Positions 1-9,504 of a DNA stretch of 64,000 nt are shown piece after piece. Location: positions 32,001-96,000 of IMG/VR virus record IMGVR_UViG_3300037316_000027; one strand, written 5' to 3'. The notes beneath the pieces were generated by a model. That model was not told the DNA's origin. It saw only the letters and a program-made list of their open reading frames with translations, and did not search any database. A program made the position numbers and the translations under genes. Every line of letters begins with the position of its first letter. The stretch's first letter is position 1. The stretch is from a virus.

Positions 1-202
1 CCATTTAACTTCTCCTGTTGCGGTGGGCGATGCGTGAATACGATAGCCGCTGCTTCCCGGACTTTGGGCGGCGCAGGACTGAGGTCTAAACGCGGACCAG
101 CATTGATATCGGTATCGCCCTTGAAGCGACCGATGCTGAGGTTGGGAGCTATCAGCCCAGTACGCTTGGGAGCGGCGGGTCGCCGATTGAGTGCAGTAGG
201 GA

Positions 203-2788
203 TCATGGCGACGACGGTGCCTCCAGATTGATGCCTTGCTTCACCACGAGCGGCGAAACGTTGATCGCATACGACCCGCCGAACGGCCCGTTGCCCGCGC
301 ATGGCTTGAGCAAGCACGACCAAGAGATCGGGTTCGCCGCCATCACGTAGGGCGTGTTCTGACTGAATAGCGCCAGTTGCTCGCGCAGAATTTTCCATGA
401 CACGTCCGGCGGGACGCCCGTAGTAGTCGTCGTCGGGTTGGCAGTGCCGCCTTGGGTGACGCCGACCGAGCCGCCGCTCTCGTTCAAGAACTGAAGTTGA
501 ACGGCAGCGGCGAACGAGCCGGTGATCGCAGCCGCTTGCGATGCAAGATCATTGCTCAAGATGCCGCCGTCGCTAATGTCTTCCCAACGCAGCGGGAAGA
601 TCAGGCCGTCGTCGAACCCCTGAAAAACAGGAAGCGAGAATGTAGTGTCTCCGCTGCCGTGTGCCAGCATCGCGTTGTCGTAAATCTGGTAGCCATTCTG
701 CACATAGCCAGCCGTGACGTATTCCGGCGTTCCCGTGATCTCCGCAATGCCCTCGCCGAAACCAATGGCGCATTCGATCTGGACTTTGCCAATTACCTTG
801 CCGTCGCTGCCCGACAAGCTGTAGCTCGTGACTTTGCCATTCGCCGCGCCGCCGGGAATACGTGGGTCGAACAGCGTCGCGTTCATACGGCACGACAGCG
901 CGACCGCGTCGCGGAAGCGACACTCCCAACCTACCTTGACAGCGCGAGAGCGATAGCGCAGCCGGGCGCGAGCACGACTGATCACGTATTGAACGCTATC
1001 GATGCCCCGCGCGGTAGGGAAGTAATCGCGCGCTGTAACGTTATCGGGCGTGCCGCCGATCGGGATACCAATCAGCGCGGGTGACGTGCCGAGCACAGTC
1101 CACGTGGCCGAGCCGTCCGTGATGATGGTCCCCACGCTGGTCCTGAAAGTAGGCGGCGAAACATAGTCGATATGCCTGATTGCCGGGGTAGGCTCAACGT
1201 TCGAAAAGACCGGCGGAGTGTACGAGAAGATCGTGTAGACGCCATTGGTCTGGCCCGCCCCAGTGCAGAGGTAGTAACTCGTTGCGCCCGGGACATCTTC
1301 GAACGCTCCGGTGTTGATATTGAAAAACTGATCCTGTAGCAGCATGATCTGCCCAAGCGGAACGAACGCGCCGGGCGACCACTTCGACGCCTCTGTAACG
1401 CTCTGCGTGCCGAGGCTAGCCCACGTCACGCCATTGTCTACCGTAACCGCGCCGGGGATGTCGCTGAAAACTGGCTCAGTCGTGCCGGCGGTGCCGGCGA
1501 CGACGCAAACCTGATACGATAGGCCGCCCGGCGTTGTCGGGTTGTTCGGAAAGATGGTTTGCGCGAGGCCGACAGCTTGTCCGGCGAAATCTGTCCACGC
1601 ATCGACTTCGATAAGCGGCTGCCCGATATCAACTGAAGAGAGTGTCAGCAATTCAGTGTGCTGATCGACTAGCGGGGATGCGAGGATACCCTGCACGCTC
1701 GCGAGCATGTCAAACGAGAGCACTTCGGAGAACTGACGGTTCGCATCGTAGCGCATCGTCATATCGAGCGCCACGCTCCACTGTGGGATGATGACGCCGC
1801 TGCACGAACTCTCCATCGGGGTATTCGTCGGTGGATCGCTGTCCGGGAAACAGACGCCAGACTTGTAGTAGCTCGTGAGCACGTTCTGCAACGGGCTAGG
1901 CGCGAGCAGCGCCGGGCCGCTCGACGAGGTAGAGGCCGATGCGTTCGAACACTGGCCCGGGTTCGGGTCCGTGTTCGTCCAGTTGTAATTGTAACTCGTG
2001 GTCGGCGTCTGCGACACGAAGTAGATGTCCGTAACGAAACTGCCCTCGCACTTGTAGCCGCCTCCGATGCCTGCGCCCGGCTTCGGCCAGTCACTCATCA
2101 ATGTCTCGCCCGTGTAGCTGGAGGCGTACACAGTCGGCACGACGAAGTAACCGGAGCTGCGCTGGGTCCAGTTGACCGTCGCTTCGACGCGGATGTTGTC
2201 GAGTGGGGGCTGACCCAGTTGCAGCGACACGCTGTTATAGAACGCCAAGTCTTCCGTATAGGTGATCGTACCGTCTTCACCTTCGAGGATATCGCTAGCC
2301 GTGATATCGAGTGTCAGCCGATCGATGTGCCAGAGAGCCGACCAGCCTTCGAGGATCGTATCAGGGTCGTCGCGCTTCGCCGGCTCGATCCAGATCGGAT
2401 CGTAGTAGGGGAACGACTTCATGGTTTCAGCAAGCGCTTGCTTGTTCCGGATGAACTGCGGCGAACGCGCGATGAATTGGAGGGTGACTTTTTCTTGGAA
2501 CAAGTTGGTAGGCACACCAACGAGCACGCCGAAGAAGAGGGGCACAAGCGCCCCTGCGTAAGTCGGGTCATCGGCCGGGCTCTGCCATGCAAACCATACC
2601 CACACCTTGCGGCCCGGTGCGAGCAGCCCGATACGTGGGTTCTTCACGATCACGTCCAGCGTCGGGTGCTGCCCTTCGTCATGCTGAATGACGAACGAGA
2701 AAAGGTCCTCGTCGAACACATTCATCGTGCTCGCGTTGAACGTCGTCTCGCTCTCATCGGCGTAGTAGAATGTAAACGGGAGGGTCAT
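203..2788 (-). CDS. Tail tip / baseplate hub-like virion protein (~861 aa)
   Basis: Large ORF downstream of the tape measure and distal-tail genes. ATG at 2788 overlaps the upstream stop (ATGA). Carries two internal 'Y.C..AG...P.F....G....D..vTW..LG' modules typical of tail proteins. Confidence 0.7.
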   Translation of the reverse strand: MTLPFTFYYADESETTFNASTMNVFDEDLFSFVIQHDEGQHPTLDVIVKNPRIGLLAPGRKVWVWFAWQSPADDPTYAGALVPLFFGVLVGVPTNLFQEKVTLQFIARSPQFIRNKQALAETMKSFPYYDPIWIEPAKRDDPDTILEGWSALWHIDRLTLDITASDILEGEDGTITYTEDLAFYNSVSLQLGQPPLDNIRVEATVNWTQRSSGYFVVPTVYASSYTGETLMSDWPKPGAGIGGGYKCEGSFVTDIYFVSQTPTTSYNYNWTNTDPNPGQCSNASASTSSSGPALLAPSPLQNVLTSYYKSGVCFPDSDPPTNTPMESSCSGVIIPQWSVALDMTMRYDANRQFSEVLSFDMLASVQGILASPLVDQHTELLTLSSVDIGQPLIEVDAWTDFAGQAVGLAQTIFPNNPTTPGGLSYQVCVVAGTAGTTEPVFSDIPGAVTVDNGVTWASLGTQSVTEASKWSPGAFVPLGQIMLLQDQFFNINTGAFEDVPGATSYYLCTGAGQTNGVYTIFSYTPPVFSNVEPTPAIRHIDYVSPPTFRTSVGTIITDGSATWTVLGTSPALIGIPIGGTPDNVTARDYFPTARGIDSVQYVISRARARLRYRSRAVKVGWECRFRDAVALSCRMNATLFDPRIPGGAANGKVTSYSLSGSDGKVIGKVQIECAIGFGEGIAEITGTPEYVTAGYVQNGYQIYDNAMLAHGSGDTTFSLPVFQGFDDGLIFPLRWEDISDGGILSNDLASQAAAITGSFAAAVQLQFLNESGGSVGVTQGGTANPTTTTTGVPPDVSWKILREQLALFSQNTPYVMAANPISWSCLLKPCAGNGPFGGSYAINVSPLVVKQGINLEAPSSP

Positions 2789-3021
2789 GTGACGATGTCG
2801 CTCCAATTGGTGTCAGGGCCGAAAGGCCCAAACCCTAGCGCCTCTGATGCCGCGTAGCGGCTGATCTCGGTAGCAATCGCACCAGTGACGTAGTCGATCG
2901 CCTGTTGTCGCGTCAGTCCGGAGGGCACATTGACTGTGATGCCCGTGCATAGACTGAAGTCGGTGCGTGGATCGACGATCACGCATCGGAAATTTTTCCT
3001 TACCATCACCGGGAGGGTCAT
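2785..3021 (-). CDS. Hypothetical protein (78 aa)
   Basis: ATGA overlaps at both ends within the tail operon. Confidence 0.6.
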   Translation of the reverse strand: MTLPVMVRKNFRCVIVDPRTDFSLCTGITVNVPSGLTRQQAIDYVTGAIATEISRYAASEALGFGPFGPDTNWSDIVT

Positions 3022-3401
3022 TTTGTTTTCACTCTAATGCTGCGCGGGTCGAGCGCGATGATCTCGCGCTTATCTGCCCGCATCAGCGCGTCGTGCCCCA
3101 TCGCCCGGTATTTATCGAGCTGTGCCTTTTCGTATCCAATCCATTCCATCGTATCGTCGTCCAAAATCTTTGGGTTGCGCGGCGCGAACTCCGCCTCAAG
3201 AACGCGGGCTGGCTCCCCGGTTACTTCGGACCGCGTCTTGGCGTAGTTGCGGGCGTCCCCGAGGTTGCTCGTAAAGAACGGGCTATGCGGCACTCCGCTT
3301 GCGCCGGCAGTGCCGTGAAAGACGCGGGTTCTGCCGACACTCTCGACGCCTTGCGAATGCAGGCCCTTCCCGTCGCTCCCGTGGCCCAGTGCGTCCTTCA
3401 T
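3018..3401 (-). CDS. ADP-ribosyltransferase-fold (ART-PolyVal-like) protein with N-terminal MKDALGHGS tag
   Basis: Likely start ATG 3401 (TGATG overlap with the upstream gene). Motifs VFHGT, FFTSNLGDARNYA, VLEAEF..RNP, GHDAL and EIIALDP match the ART-fold pattern seen in phage polyvalent proteins. Confidence 0.65.
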   Translation of the reverse strand: MKDALGHGSDGKGLHSQGVESVGRTRVFHGTAGASGVPHSPFFTSNLGDARNYAKTRSEVTGEPARVLEAEFAPRNPKILDDDTMEWIGYEKAQLDKYRAMGHDALMRADKREIIALDPRSIRVKTK

Positions 3402-3871
3402 CAGACTTCCTCCAGATCGAGCGTCCAGCCAACCACGCACTTCCACTCGTCGAAGTGTTGCTCGACTTTCTTGACCATCATAGTCAGCTCCGGGCGATAG
3501 AACGTGTAGGCTCCGAGGACGTAGGATGAGCCGGAGACTTCCGGCCTGTTATGAGGGCCATTGCCGCCGGACGTGAGGTAAGCGAGCGTGACCCCGCACT
3601 GCACGGTCACGATCATTCCGGGCCAGACACCATCAAGCGGCGGTGCGTCAGTGTCGTTGGGTGAGTTGATCGTCGAAGAGTATTTGCGAAATTGCGGGGC
3701 CGAGATATCGACTAGGGTGCCATTGATCGTGCGCTCCTGTTGAGTGGCCTCGCCGATCACTTCGAGTGTCTGGCTGAGACCACGGGCTTGATACAGCATG
3801 TCTCCAAACGACGAGATCGTCAGGAGCGTGTCGCTATTCGCGGGAAGAACGTTTTCAAATCCACCACTCAT
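3401..3871 (-). CDS. Distal tail-like virion protein
   Basis: 156 aa directly after the tape measure gene; beta-rich with RTINGTLVD motif and C-terminal WTLDLEEV. Confidence 0.6.
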   Translation of the reverse strand: MSGGFENVLPANSDTLLTISSFGDMLYQARGLSQTLEVIGEATQQERTINGTLVDISAPQFRKYSSTINSPNDTDAPPLDGVWPGMIVTVQCGVTLAYLTSGGNGPHNRPEVSGSSYVLGAYTFYRPELTMMVKKVEQHFDEWKCVVGWTLDLEEV

Positions 3872-6202
3872 TTACTTCATCCATGACGGGTTGTTGCCGG
3901 CGGCCGAGGCCTGTCGCGCAATCGCGAAGCTGGAGAGATCGTCAATCGTACTTTTCGGCCCGCGCAAACCATTGAACGATCGCCCGTCGATCGACAAGTT
4001 CAACGTACTCGTGGCCGGGACGCTACCGCTGCCCATGCGCACGGGCGACGGCACGAGGCCGCCGGACGCGAAGCCGGGCAGTTGCATGTTGTTCAAGGCA
4101 TGGAAGAGGCTAGCACCGTATGCTTGCACGGCCGCAGCCTTGACAACGAATTCCCCGCGCGAAAGCCGCGCCATGATGCTATCGCTTGTAGTCGTACCCG
4201 GGCCGTCAACTTGACCGCCGCCTGCCAGTGCCGTCGTGCCGCCGCTGAGATCGCCCGCAGTGCCGCCCTCTCCGGCGTTGCCGCCCCGCCCTACCGATGG
4301 GCCAGCGGGAGCCGCCGCACCGCCGTTGCCGCCAAGCCATTTAGGCAGCTTGCTGAGCCACCCCAGAAGCTCTTTAACTCGATCGGTGATGCCTTCGATG
4401 ATTTGACCGGCCGGGCTGGCCTTGAATTTCTCCCAGAGATCGACAACGTAGTTTTTGACTTTCGTCGTGATCTCACTGAGCCCGCCCATTGCCGTGATAA
4501 CCAAGACGATGGTAGCGGGGATAGCGACCCACACGCCCAAAAATAGCCCGACAATAACAGTCAGGGCGATCAAGAGCACTTGCATGCCTGTGCCGGGACC
4601 CAAGCTGAACGCCCGATCAATCGTGTTACCCAGTTGCTCGAAGAAGCCGACGACCAGTTTGACGCCGGTCCCGATCGCTTCAAGCCCGGTGACGAACGCA
4701 TGCAAAAGACCGCCGGTATTATCCAGAGACGATTGAAGGGTCTCGAAGAAAGAGACCAGAGCAGGGCTGGCCAGCGCCGCAAGATCACGCCGGGTCAGAT
4801 CGAGATCAATGTTGAGGTTCTCGAATGCTATCTTCAGATGCTCGGCAGCATCAGTCCCGGCTTTCTGGGTCGAGATATGCTTGCTCGCTGCCTCCGTCAG
4901 GTCCTTAAATTGGTCGCCCGTTCGCGACAAAGCCCGGGCCATCTCGGCCGCAGCCGCGCCGCCGGACTGAAAGCCACGGCTGATCAGCTCTTGAACAATC
5001 TCCAACCGCTGAGCTTCAGAGATCGTGTCCTTTGTCGAATTCTGGAAAACCTTCTGGAGTTCGGTGAAGGCTTGAATGCCCGTGGGTACTTTCACATTGT
5101 TGGCCGCCGCCGCCATAGCGATGACGCTCTTGGTGATGTTCCGCGTGGAAACTTCTCCAAGGTCGATCGACTTGGCTACATCAGCGTTCTTATCGATAAC
5201 GCCTTGCAAGGCAGTGGAGATTTTTGTGATGTCAGTGAGATCGCGCTGAGTGGCTTTCTCGCGCGCGCTATCCGCGCGATCGATAGCCTCATTAAGCGCA
5301 TTCTGGCGCTGAAGCCTCGCCGTCTCCATTTGAGCAATGTCCTTGGCCCGCGACAGTTCCGCATCGTCCGCCGCTTGCTTTTTCTGCGCTAGCTTGTCGG
5401 CCGCCTCAGCCTGATCCTTGATCCGCTTATTGATCGCATCAAGGTGCGCGGTCCGCGCGTTGTCCACCGCCTCCTGCGCTTGATTGAGCGCGAGAGACTG
5501 CTTCTCGGCGTCAGTGGGCGGGTTGCCTTGAACCGTATGGAGATGTTGCAGGGCCGCCTCAACGCTCGTAGCCGAACCGGCGACCGCTTCGTTATCATGT
5601 TGCATCAGGCTCGCCGCTTCGGCGGCAGCGAACTCAAGCGCTCGATAAGTCTCCCTTACGCGAAGGTTGGCGGCAGAGATTTTCTGAGCATCGCTCTCCG
5701 CGCCGAACGCAACAGCGTTCTGCGCCTCCTTGACGCGGATCGAGGCCGCAACGATTTGCTCCTGAGCCTCGCTCTGCTGTGTGGCGGCGGTGCGGATCGA
5801 GGCCGTGATCTGAGGCCACTCACGCGAGATCGTGATAGTAAGGCGCTGAGCGAAACGTTCGAAGTTACTGGCACTGATGCCGGCCGAAGCGAAGGCCGCT
5901 TCGATGCCAACGAGTTCTGCGGTGGTCGATCCAAAGGCTTCAGCCAAGAATGCGGTCTTCTGTGTCGCGTCGTCCGAAGCTTCGACGAAAGCGATCATAG
6001 CTCCGGTCACGGCAGCGATAGATGTTACGATAGCACTGGCGACGATGCCGATGCTCTCCATGCCGCTGGCACCGCTCTTCGAAGCCTCTTCCAGTTGCTT
6101 GAAGGCTTCCGCCCCGGTGCGACCGATCTCATTGAGCGCGGAGAGCATCTCTCCGTCGCCCTGAAGCAAAACTTTTTGGACTACGTCCTCAAGACCAGCC
6201 AT
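3872..6202 (-). CDS. Tail tape measure protein
   Basis: 776 aa, Ala/Gln-rich helical, with a hydrophobic segment and the C-terminal GGxVxGPGTxTSDSIxARLSxGEFVV motif common in tape measure proteins; position after the tail chaperone. Confidence 0.9.
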   Translation of the reverse strand: MAGLEDVVQKVLLQGDGEMLSALNEIGRTGAEAFKQLEEASKSGASGMESIGIVASAIVTSIAAVTGAMIAFVEASDDATQKTAFLAEAFGSTTAELVGIEAAFASAGISASNFERFAQRLTITISREWPQITASIRTAATQQSEAQEQIVAASIRVKEAQNAVAFGAESDAQKISAANLRVRETYRALEFAAAEAASLMQHDNEAVAGSATSVEAALQHLHTVQGNPPTDAEKQSLALNQAQEAVDNARTAHLDAINKRIKDQAEAADKLAQKKQAADDAELSRAKDIAQMETARLQRQNALNEAIDRADSAREKATQRDLTDITKISTALQGVIDKNADVAKSIDLGEVSTRNITKSVIAMAAAANNVKVPTGIQAFTELQKVFQNSTKDTISEAQRLEIVQELISRGFQSGGAAAAEMARALSRTGDQFKDLTEAASKHISTQKAGTDAAEHLKIAFENLNIDLDLTRRDLAALASPALVSFFETLQSSLDNTGGLLHAFVTGLEAIGTGVKLVVGFFEQLGNTIDRAFSLGPGTGMQVLLIALTVIVGLFLGVWVAIPATIVLVITAMGGLSEITTKVKNYVVDLWEKFKASPAGQIIEGITDRVKELLGWLSKLPKWLGGNGGAAAPAGPSVGRGGNAGEGGTAGDLSGGTTALAGGGQVDGPGTTTSDSIMARLSRGEFVVKAAAVQAYGASLFHALNNMQLPGFASGGLVPSPVRMGSGSVPATSTLNLSIDGRSFNGLRGPKSTIDDLSSFAIARQASAAGNNPSWMK

Positions 6203-6726
6203 TAGCTCGCCGCCTTAAACGCTGTGTCAAAGATGTCACGGAAGTTCGCCATGACGTTCAATTGGATTTCTCCAAGGTGGAATTTCTTGGGCACGTTCAC
6301 ACTGGCGATGCCGAAGTATTTGGGGGACTTGTCTCGGACCGAGAAGAGCAGCGGCGGGCCGCCCGCTTTGCGATTGACTGAGAACAGCGTGTCACCGTAG
6401 TTGCTGGCTCGAATTCCTTCGGCATCAGTGCCACTGATCGGAAGCCACAAGAGCGGGTTGCCGACGATGGTGCCGCCGCTCTCGAAGAGCGATGCGCCGG
6501 GCATATCGAGCGTCGTGGTGATGGTCTTGTCTTCGACCGTCACTTCCAGTCCCTCGGAACTGAATTGGCCTGCGCTCTCGATATCCGCCGCGCTCTGTTC
6601 CTTGATCATGCTGGCCGCCATATTCAGGGCGGTCGCGAATGCAGTCTCAAAGCGCTCTCCAAGCCCGGCCCAATTCTGCGCGAACTTGTCAGGAGCTACC
6701 GCGTCCGTGGTGATGCTAAACGTCAT
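6202..6726 (-). CDS. Neck/tail-completion protein (HK97 gp10-like)
   Basis: ATG 6726 overlaps the stop of the frameshifted chaperone frame. ASLFESGGTI..P.LWLP pattern. Confidence 0.55.
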   Translation of the reverse strand: MTFSITTDAVAPDKFAQNWAGLGERFETAFATALNMAASMIKEQSAADIESAGQFSSEGLEVTVEDKTITTTLDMPGASLFESGGTIVGNPLLWLPISGTDAEGIRASNYGDTLFSVNRKAGGPPLLFSVRDKSPKYFGIASVNVPKKFHLGEIQLNVMANFRDIFDTAFKAAS

Positions 6727-7013
6727 CCGCCTTCCTTTTCCCATTCTTCAAGTTGCCGCTTCACCGCCTTCTCATCCCCGCTCTGAGCGAGTAGCAGGAG
6801 CGAGAGGGTGACGTAGTTCTCGCGATGCAGACGCTTGGTCGCGAGAAACATGAAGGCCGACATCTGTCGGGGAGTGTAATCCCAGACTACGCTTGGGGAG
6901 TGTCCGGCAGCGATGAGGGCTTCGATGCTGGCGGCGATGTCATAGCCGTCACCTTTGAAGAGAGGGCGGAGTTGGCTGCGTCTGCCAGAGCCATGATCCG
7001 CTCCGCGAAAGGG
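6723..7013 (-). CDS. -1 frameshift extension of the tail chaperone (gpGT-like)
   Basis: The -1 frame is open from the slippery site to TGA at 6723 and encodes ...IEALIAAGHSPSVVWDYTPRQM...EEWEKEGG. Its stop overlaps the next ATG. Confidence 0.75.
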   Translation of the reverse strand, partial: PFRGADHGSGRRSQLRPLFKGDGYDIAASIEALIAAGHSPSVVWDYTPRQMSAFMFLATKRLHRENYVTLSLLLLAQSGDEKAVKRQLEEWEKEGG

Positions 7014-7366
7014 GCGAAGCCTTTTGTGAAGGTCAACCTCCCGACTGCTTCGAGAATATCGAACTGAATTTCGATCGGCAGCTCCGAGGCCGATTGCTCC
7101 GCGCTCTCGTCGCCGAGATCGCCCGTGGCTGCCGCGATGATCGCCGCGACGGCGTCGGGGGCAGCCGCGAGGAAGGTGCCCAAATTAAAAGTGGTCCCGC
7201 TTGTCATTCCACTGATATTGGGGAAACGGCGGAAGATTTCGAGGCCGGTCTTGGCTGAGATGCCGGAGACGCGGAGGAAGCTTTCACCGATCGGCACGTC
7301 TTCGTACATCGGTGCAAGATCGGTCAGATTGAGACCCGGCTTCTTGCCGGCCTTTTTCGAAGTCAT
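6887..7366 (-). CDS. Tail assembly chaperone (lambda gpG-like)
   Basis: Lies between the tail tube and tape measure genes; contains an in-frame slippery heptamer C CCT TTC at 7007-7013. Confidence 0.75.
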   Translation of the reverse strand: MTSKKAGKKPGLNLTDLAPMYEDVPIGESFLRVSGISAKTGLEIFRRFPNISGMTSGTTFNLGTFLAAAPDAVAAIIAAATGDLGDESAEQSASELPIEIQFDILEAVGRLTFTKGFAPFAERIMALADAANSALSSKVTAMTSPPASKPSSLPDTPQA

Positions 7367-7409
7367 AGGATATTCCTTATCAAGAGGGGGACATTCGATA
7401 GGGTAGAAG

Positions 7410-7526
7410 TTATCGGGGGCCGACGAAGAGAGCGAACATCAGAATGATCTCTACGATCACAACGACGGCGATCAGGGCATTGCCGGTGCGTCCATGATCG
7501 ACGAATTTTATCGGACGCTGGATCAT
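7410..7526 (-). CDS. 38-aa single-TM peptide (not in ORF track)
   Basis: MIQRPIKFVDHGRTGNALIAVVVIVEIILMFALFVGPR; ATGA coupling to the upstream small ORF. Confidence 0.5.
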   Translation of the reverse strand: MIQRPIKFVDHGRTGNALIAVVVIVEIILMFALFVGPR

Positions 7527-7690
7527 GGGGCGCGACGCTGGAGCTGCTTATCCGTAGCCCGGCCTAGTAAAATGATGACGACGAAGCCTGTAGCGAGGCC
7601 CATCGCCCAACCCGGACCGACGAACGACATCGCGGCCGTAGTCAGGGCCGCATAGCCGGTCCAAAAGTCGGGGATGTTCCGATCGGGCAT
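7523..7690 (-). CDS. 55-aa membrane peptide (not in ORF track)
   Basis: MPDRNIPDFWTGYAALTTAAMSFVGPGWAMGLATGFVVIILLGRATDKQLQRRAP; starts immediately after the stop at 7691. Confidence 0.5.
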   Translation of the reverse strand: MPDRNIPDFWTGYAALTTAAMSFVGPGWAMGLATGFVVIILLGRATDKQLQRRAP

Positions 7691-8065
7691 TTAGGCGTGC
7701 CGGTGCGTGTGCTGGTGCCGGGGATGATCGGCGGGACCGGTTTGGACGCCGTGTTTGGCGTGGCGCGTCGCGCCGGCCGAGACCGGGGCATCTTCCTGTT
7801 CGTGGATCGCGGCAATCGGCTCTTCACTGATAGCCGCCGCATCGGGGGCGTCGGCGGTCGGGGTTTCAGCGGTCGAGGCTGTTTCAGCGGCCGTTGAAAG
7901 GGCCGGGTCCGCTACAATGGGGTCCTGCGGGGCAGCGGAGGGGTCTGGAGCGGCTGCCGGGTCGGCCGCGACTTCGGCGGCAATTTCCGGGGCGGGCGCA
8001 TCCTGAGCGACTACAGCGGGGTCAGCGGGCTGTTCGGCGAGGGTATTGTCAACTTGATCTGTCAT
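7691..8065 (-). CDS. Acidic Ala/Pro-rich disordered protein with His-rich tail
   Basis: GGAG RBS upstream of ATG 8065; composition. Confidence 0.6.
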   Translation of the reverse strand: MTDQVDNTLAEQPADPAVVAQDAPAPEIAAEVAADPAAAPDPSAAPQDPIVADPALSTAAETASTAETPTADAPDAAAISEEPIAAIHEQEDAPVSAGATRHAKHGVQTGPADHPRHQHTHRHA

Positions 8066-8162
8066 GGGGGATACTCCGTGAGTGAAAATGGACACTTTGG
8101 GGGTGTTTCTGCATACGAGACTTCAGCCCGGTACTGGGCGGGAGCTGGGCAGGGACAGCCTG

Positions 8163-8194
8163 TGGCCTGATTTACTGAGCAGTAAATCAGGCCA
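8163..8194 (-). terminator. Long perfect hairpin after the tail tube gene (terminator or processing site)
   Basis: tggcctgatttactg / cagtaaatcaggcca inverted repeat just downstream of the stop; no clear U-tract. Confidence 0.45.
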
Positions 8195-8199
8195 TGGCC

Positions 8200-8769
8200 T
8201 TACAGAACGTTGGTCGGGCTATTGGGCAGCGAGACGGTCGCGGTGCCAAAGCCACCGGAAAGCTGATCGTACAGCACGTCACCTTCGAGATCGACCGTGC
8301 CCCACGTGTTGGCAATCAGCGAGATCGCCTTGTTGGGGCTCAGCTTCACGAGCGGGAAATTCACGGTCCAGATCGGGCCGATGTCGTTGGTGCCGACGAA
8401 TTTCACGGACCCGTAGATCACAGGCGTTCCGAGAATGTCGATAGTGTCCGGGGTCGGCGACGGGCCGCCGGTTGGAAGACCGAGCAGGGCGAAGCCCATG
8501 TTGCGCGCGGTCAACTCTTCGAGCTGCATCGTGAGCGAGCCGGAAATTTCGATGACGGCCGTGAAGTCCTTCACGCGCACGCCGGTCCGCGAGCTGTAGT
8601 GGTCAAGGTTCGTCACCTTGGCCATGAACTCGAACACGGGGGCGTTGCCGCAATCGACGAAGGCGCTCTCGCCGAGCAGCTTGATCGAGAGGATGCCCTT
8701 ACCGACGTAATAGTTGCCGATGTTGGGGGAGAGCAGCGAGCCCTCGATGAATTCGTTTCCAAGAGGCAT
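8200..8769 (-). CDS. Major tail tube protein
   Basis: NYYVGKG...FVDCGNAPVFEF...LDHYSSRTGVRVKD motif of siphophage tail tubes; strong RBS and its own promoter. Confidence 0.85.
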   Translation of the reverse strand: MPLGNEFIEGSLLSPNIGNYYVGKGILSIKLLGESAFVDCGNAPVFEFMAKVTNLDHYSSRTGVRVKDFTAVIEISGSLTMQLEELTARNMGFALLGLPTGGPSPTPDTIDILGTPVIYGSVKFVGTNDIGPIWTVNFPLVKLSPNKAISLIANTWGTVDLEGDVLYDQLSGGFGTATVSLPNSPTNVL

Positions 8770-8880
8770 GGTTTCTCTCCGCTAGAAAGGGGTTTTGATC
8801 TTACGGACGGCCCATGCCGGTGCAGGCGGCTGCCACGCTGCCCCACGGGCAGATCGTCACACGCCTCGAAAATCGTTCGT

Positions 8881-8920
8881 ATAATAGGCGGGAGGGATGA
8901 CAAGAACAACTAGGAATTAC
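8881..8920 (-). promoter_or_regulatory. Late promoter copy 1 (GTAATTCCTAG-TTGTTC-N17-TATTAT)
   Basis: One of five matching elements; upstream of the tail tube gene. Confidence 0.75.
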
Positions 8921-8936
8921 GAGAGCCCAAGCGGGC

Positions 8937-9452
8937 TCAGGACGCTGCGATTTCATCCGGGATGAAGGGGTAGACGAACGTCAACATCAGGCCCATCTGG
9001 CCTTTCATAACCCGGTTGCGCGCGAGGTCCGTAACGCATCCATTATACGTGATCGATCCATTGCTGCCCGTAATCTGAAGCAACGTCGGATCATGCAACA
9101 CAAGGTCCAAAATCGCGGCCCGCGCCGTATTCAGGTCCTCACTTACGTTTTCGTTCTTAGGCTGTCGCAAATCAAGAACGATATAAATCTCCGGCGACAG
9201 CTTCATCAGCGACGGGCCGGTCCGCGTCATCCGTCCCGGAGCCATGGGCAGCGGGAGGGCCAGTTCGTCGGCGTCCAGCATGATCATGCCGGGGACCAGC
9301 TCTTTCGGCAACTGATCGCGCTCCTTCACGATGTTGCCGGGTACGATCGTGACCACCCCGTTGGGGCCGCCCAGAAGCGGAATACTCAGTCCCGACAAAA
9401 TGTCGTAGAGCTGCGTGAGGATCATCTGTCGTCGATCAACTTGAGCTGTCAT
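8937..9452 (-). CDS. Tail terminator / tail completion protein
   Basis: 171 aa immediately upstream of the tail tube gene. Confidence 0.6.
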   Translation of the reverse strand: MTAQVDRRQMILTQLYDILSGLSIPLLGGPNGVVTIVPGNIVKERDQLPKELVPGMIMLDADELALPLPMAPGRMTRTGPSLMKLSPEIYIVLDLRQPKNENVSEDLNTARAAILDLVLHDPTLLQITGSNGSITYNGCVTDLARNRVMKGQMGLMLTFVYPFIPDEIAAS

Positions 9453-9504
9453 TTTGTCTTGACCTATATCCTTGGACTGGAGATCACCTATCTAGCTTCG
9501 TCAC

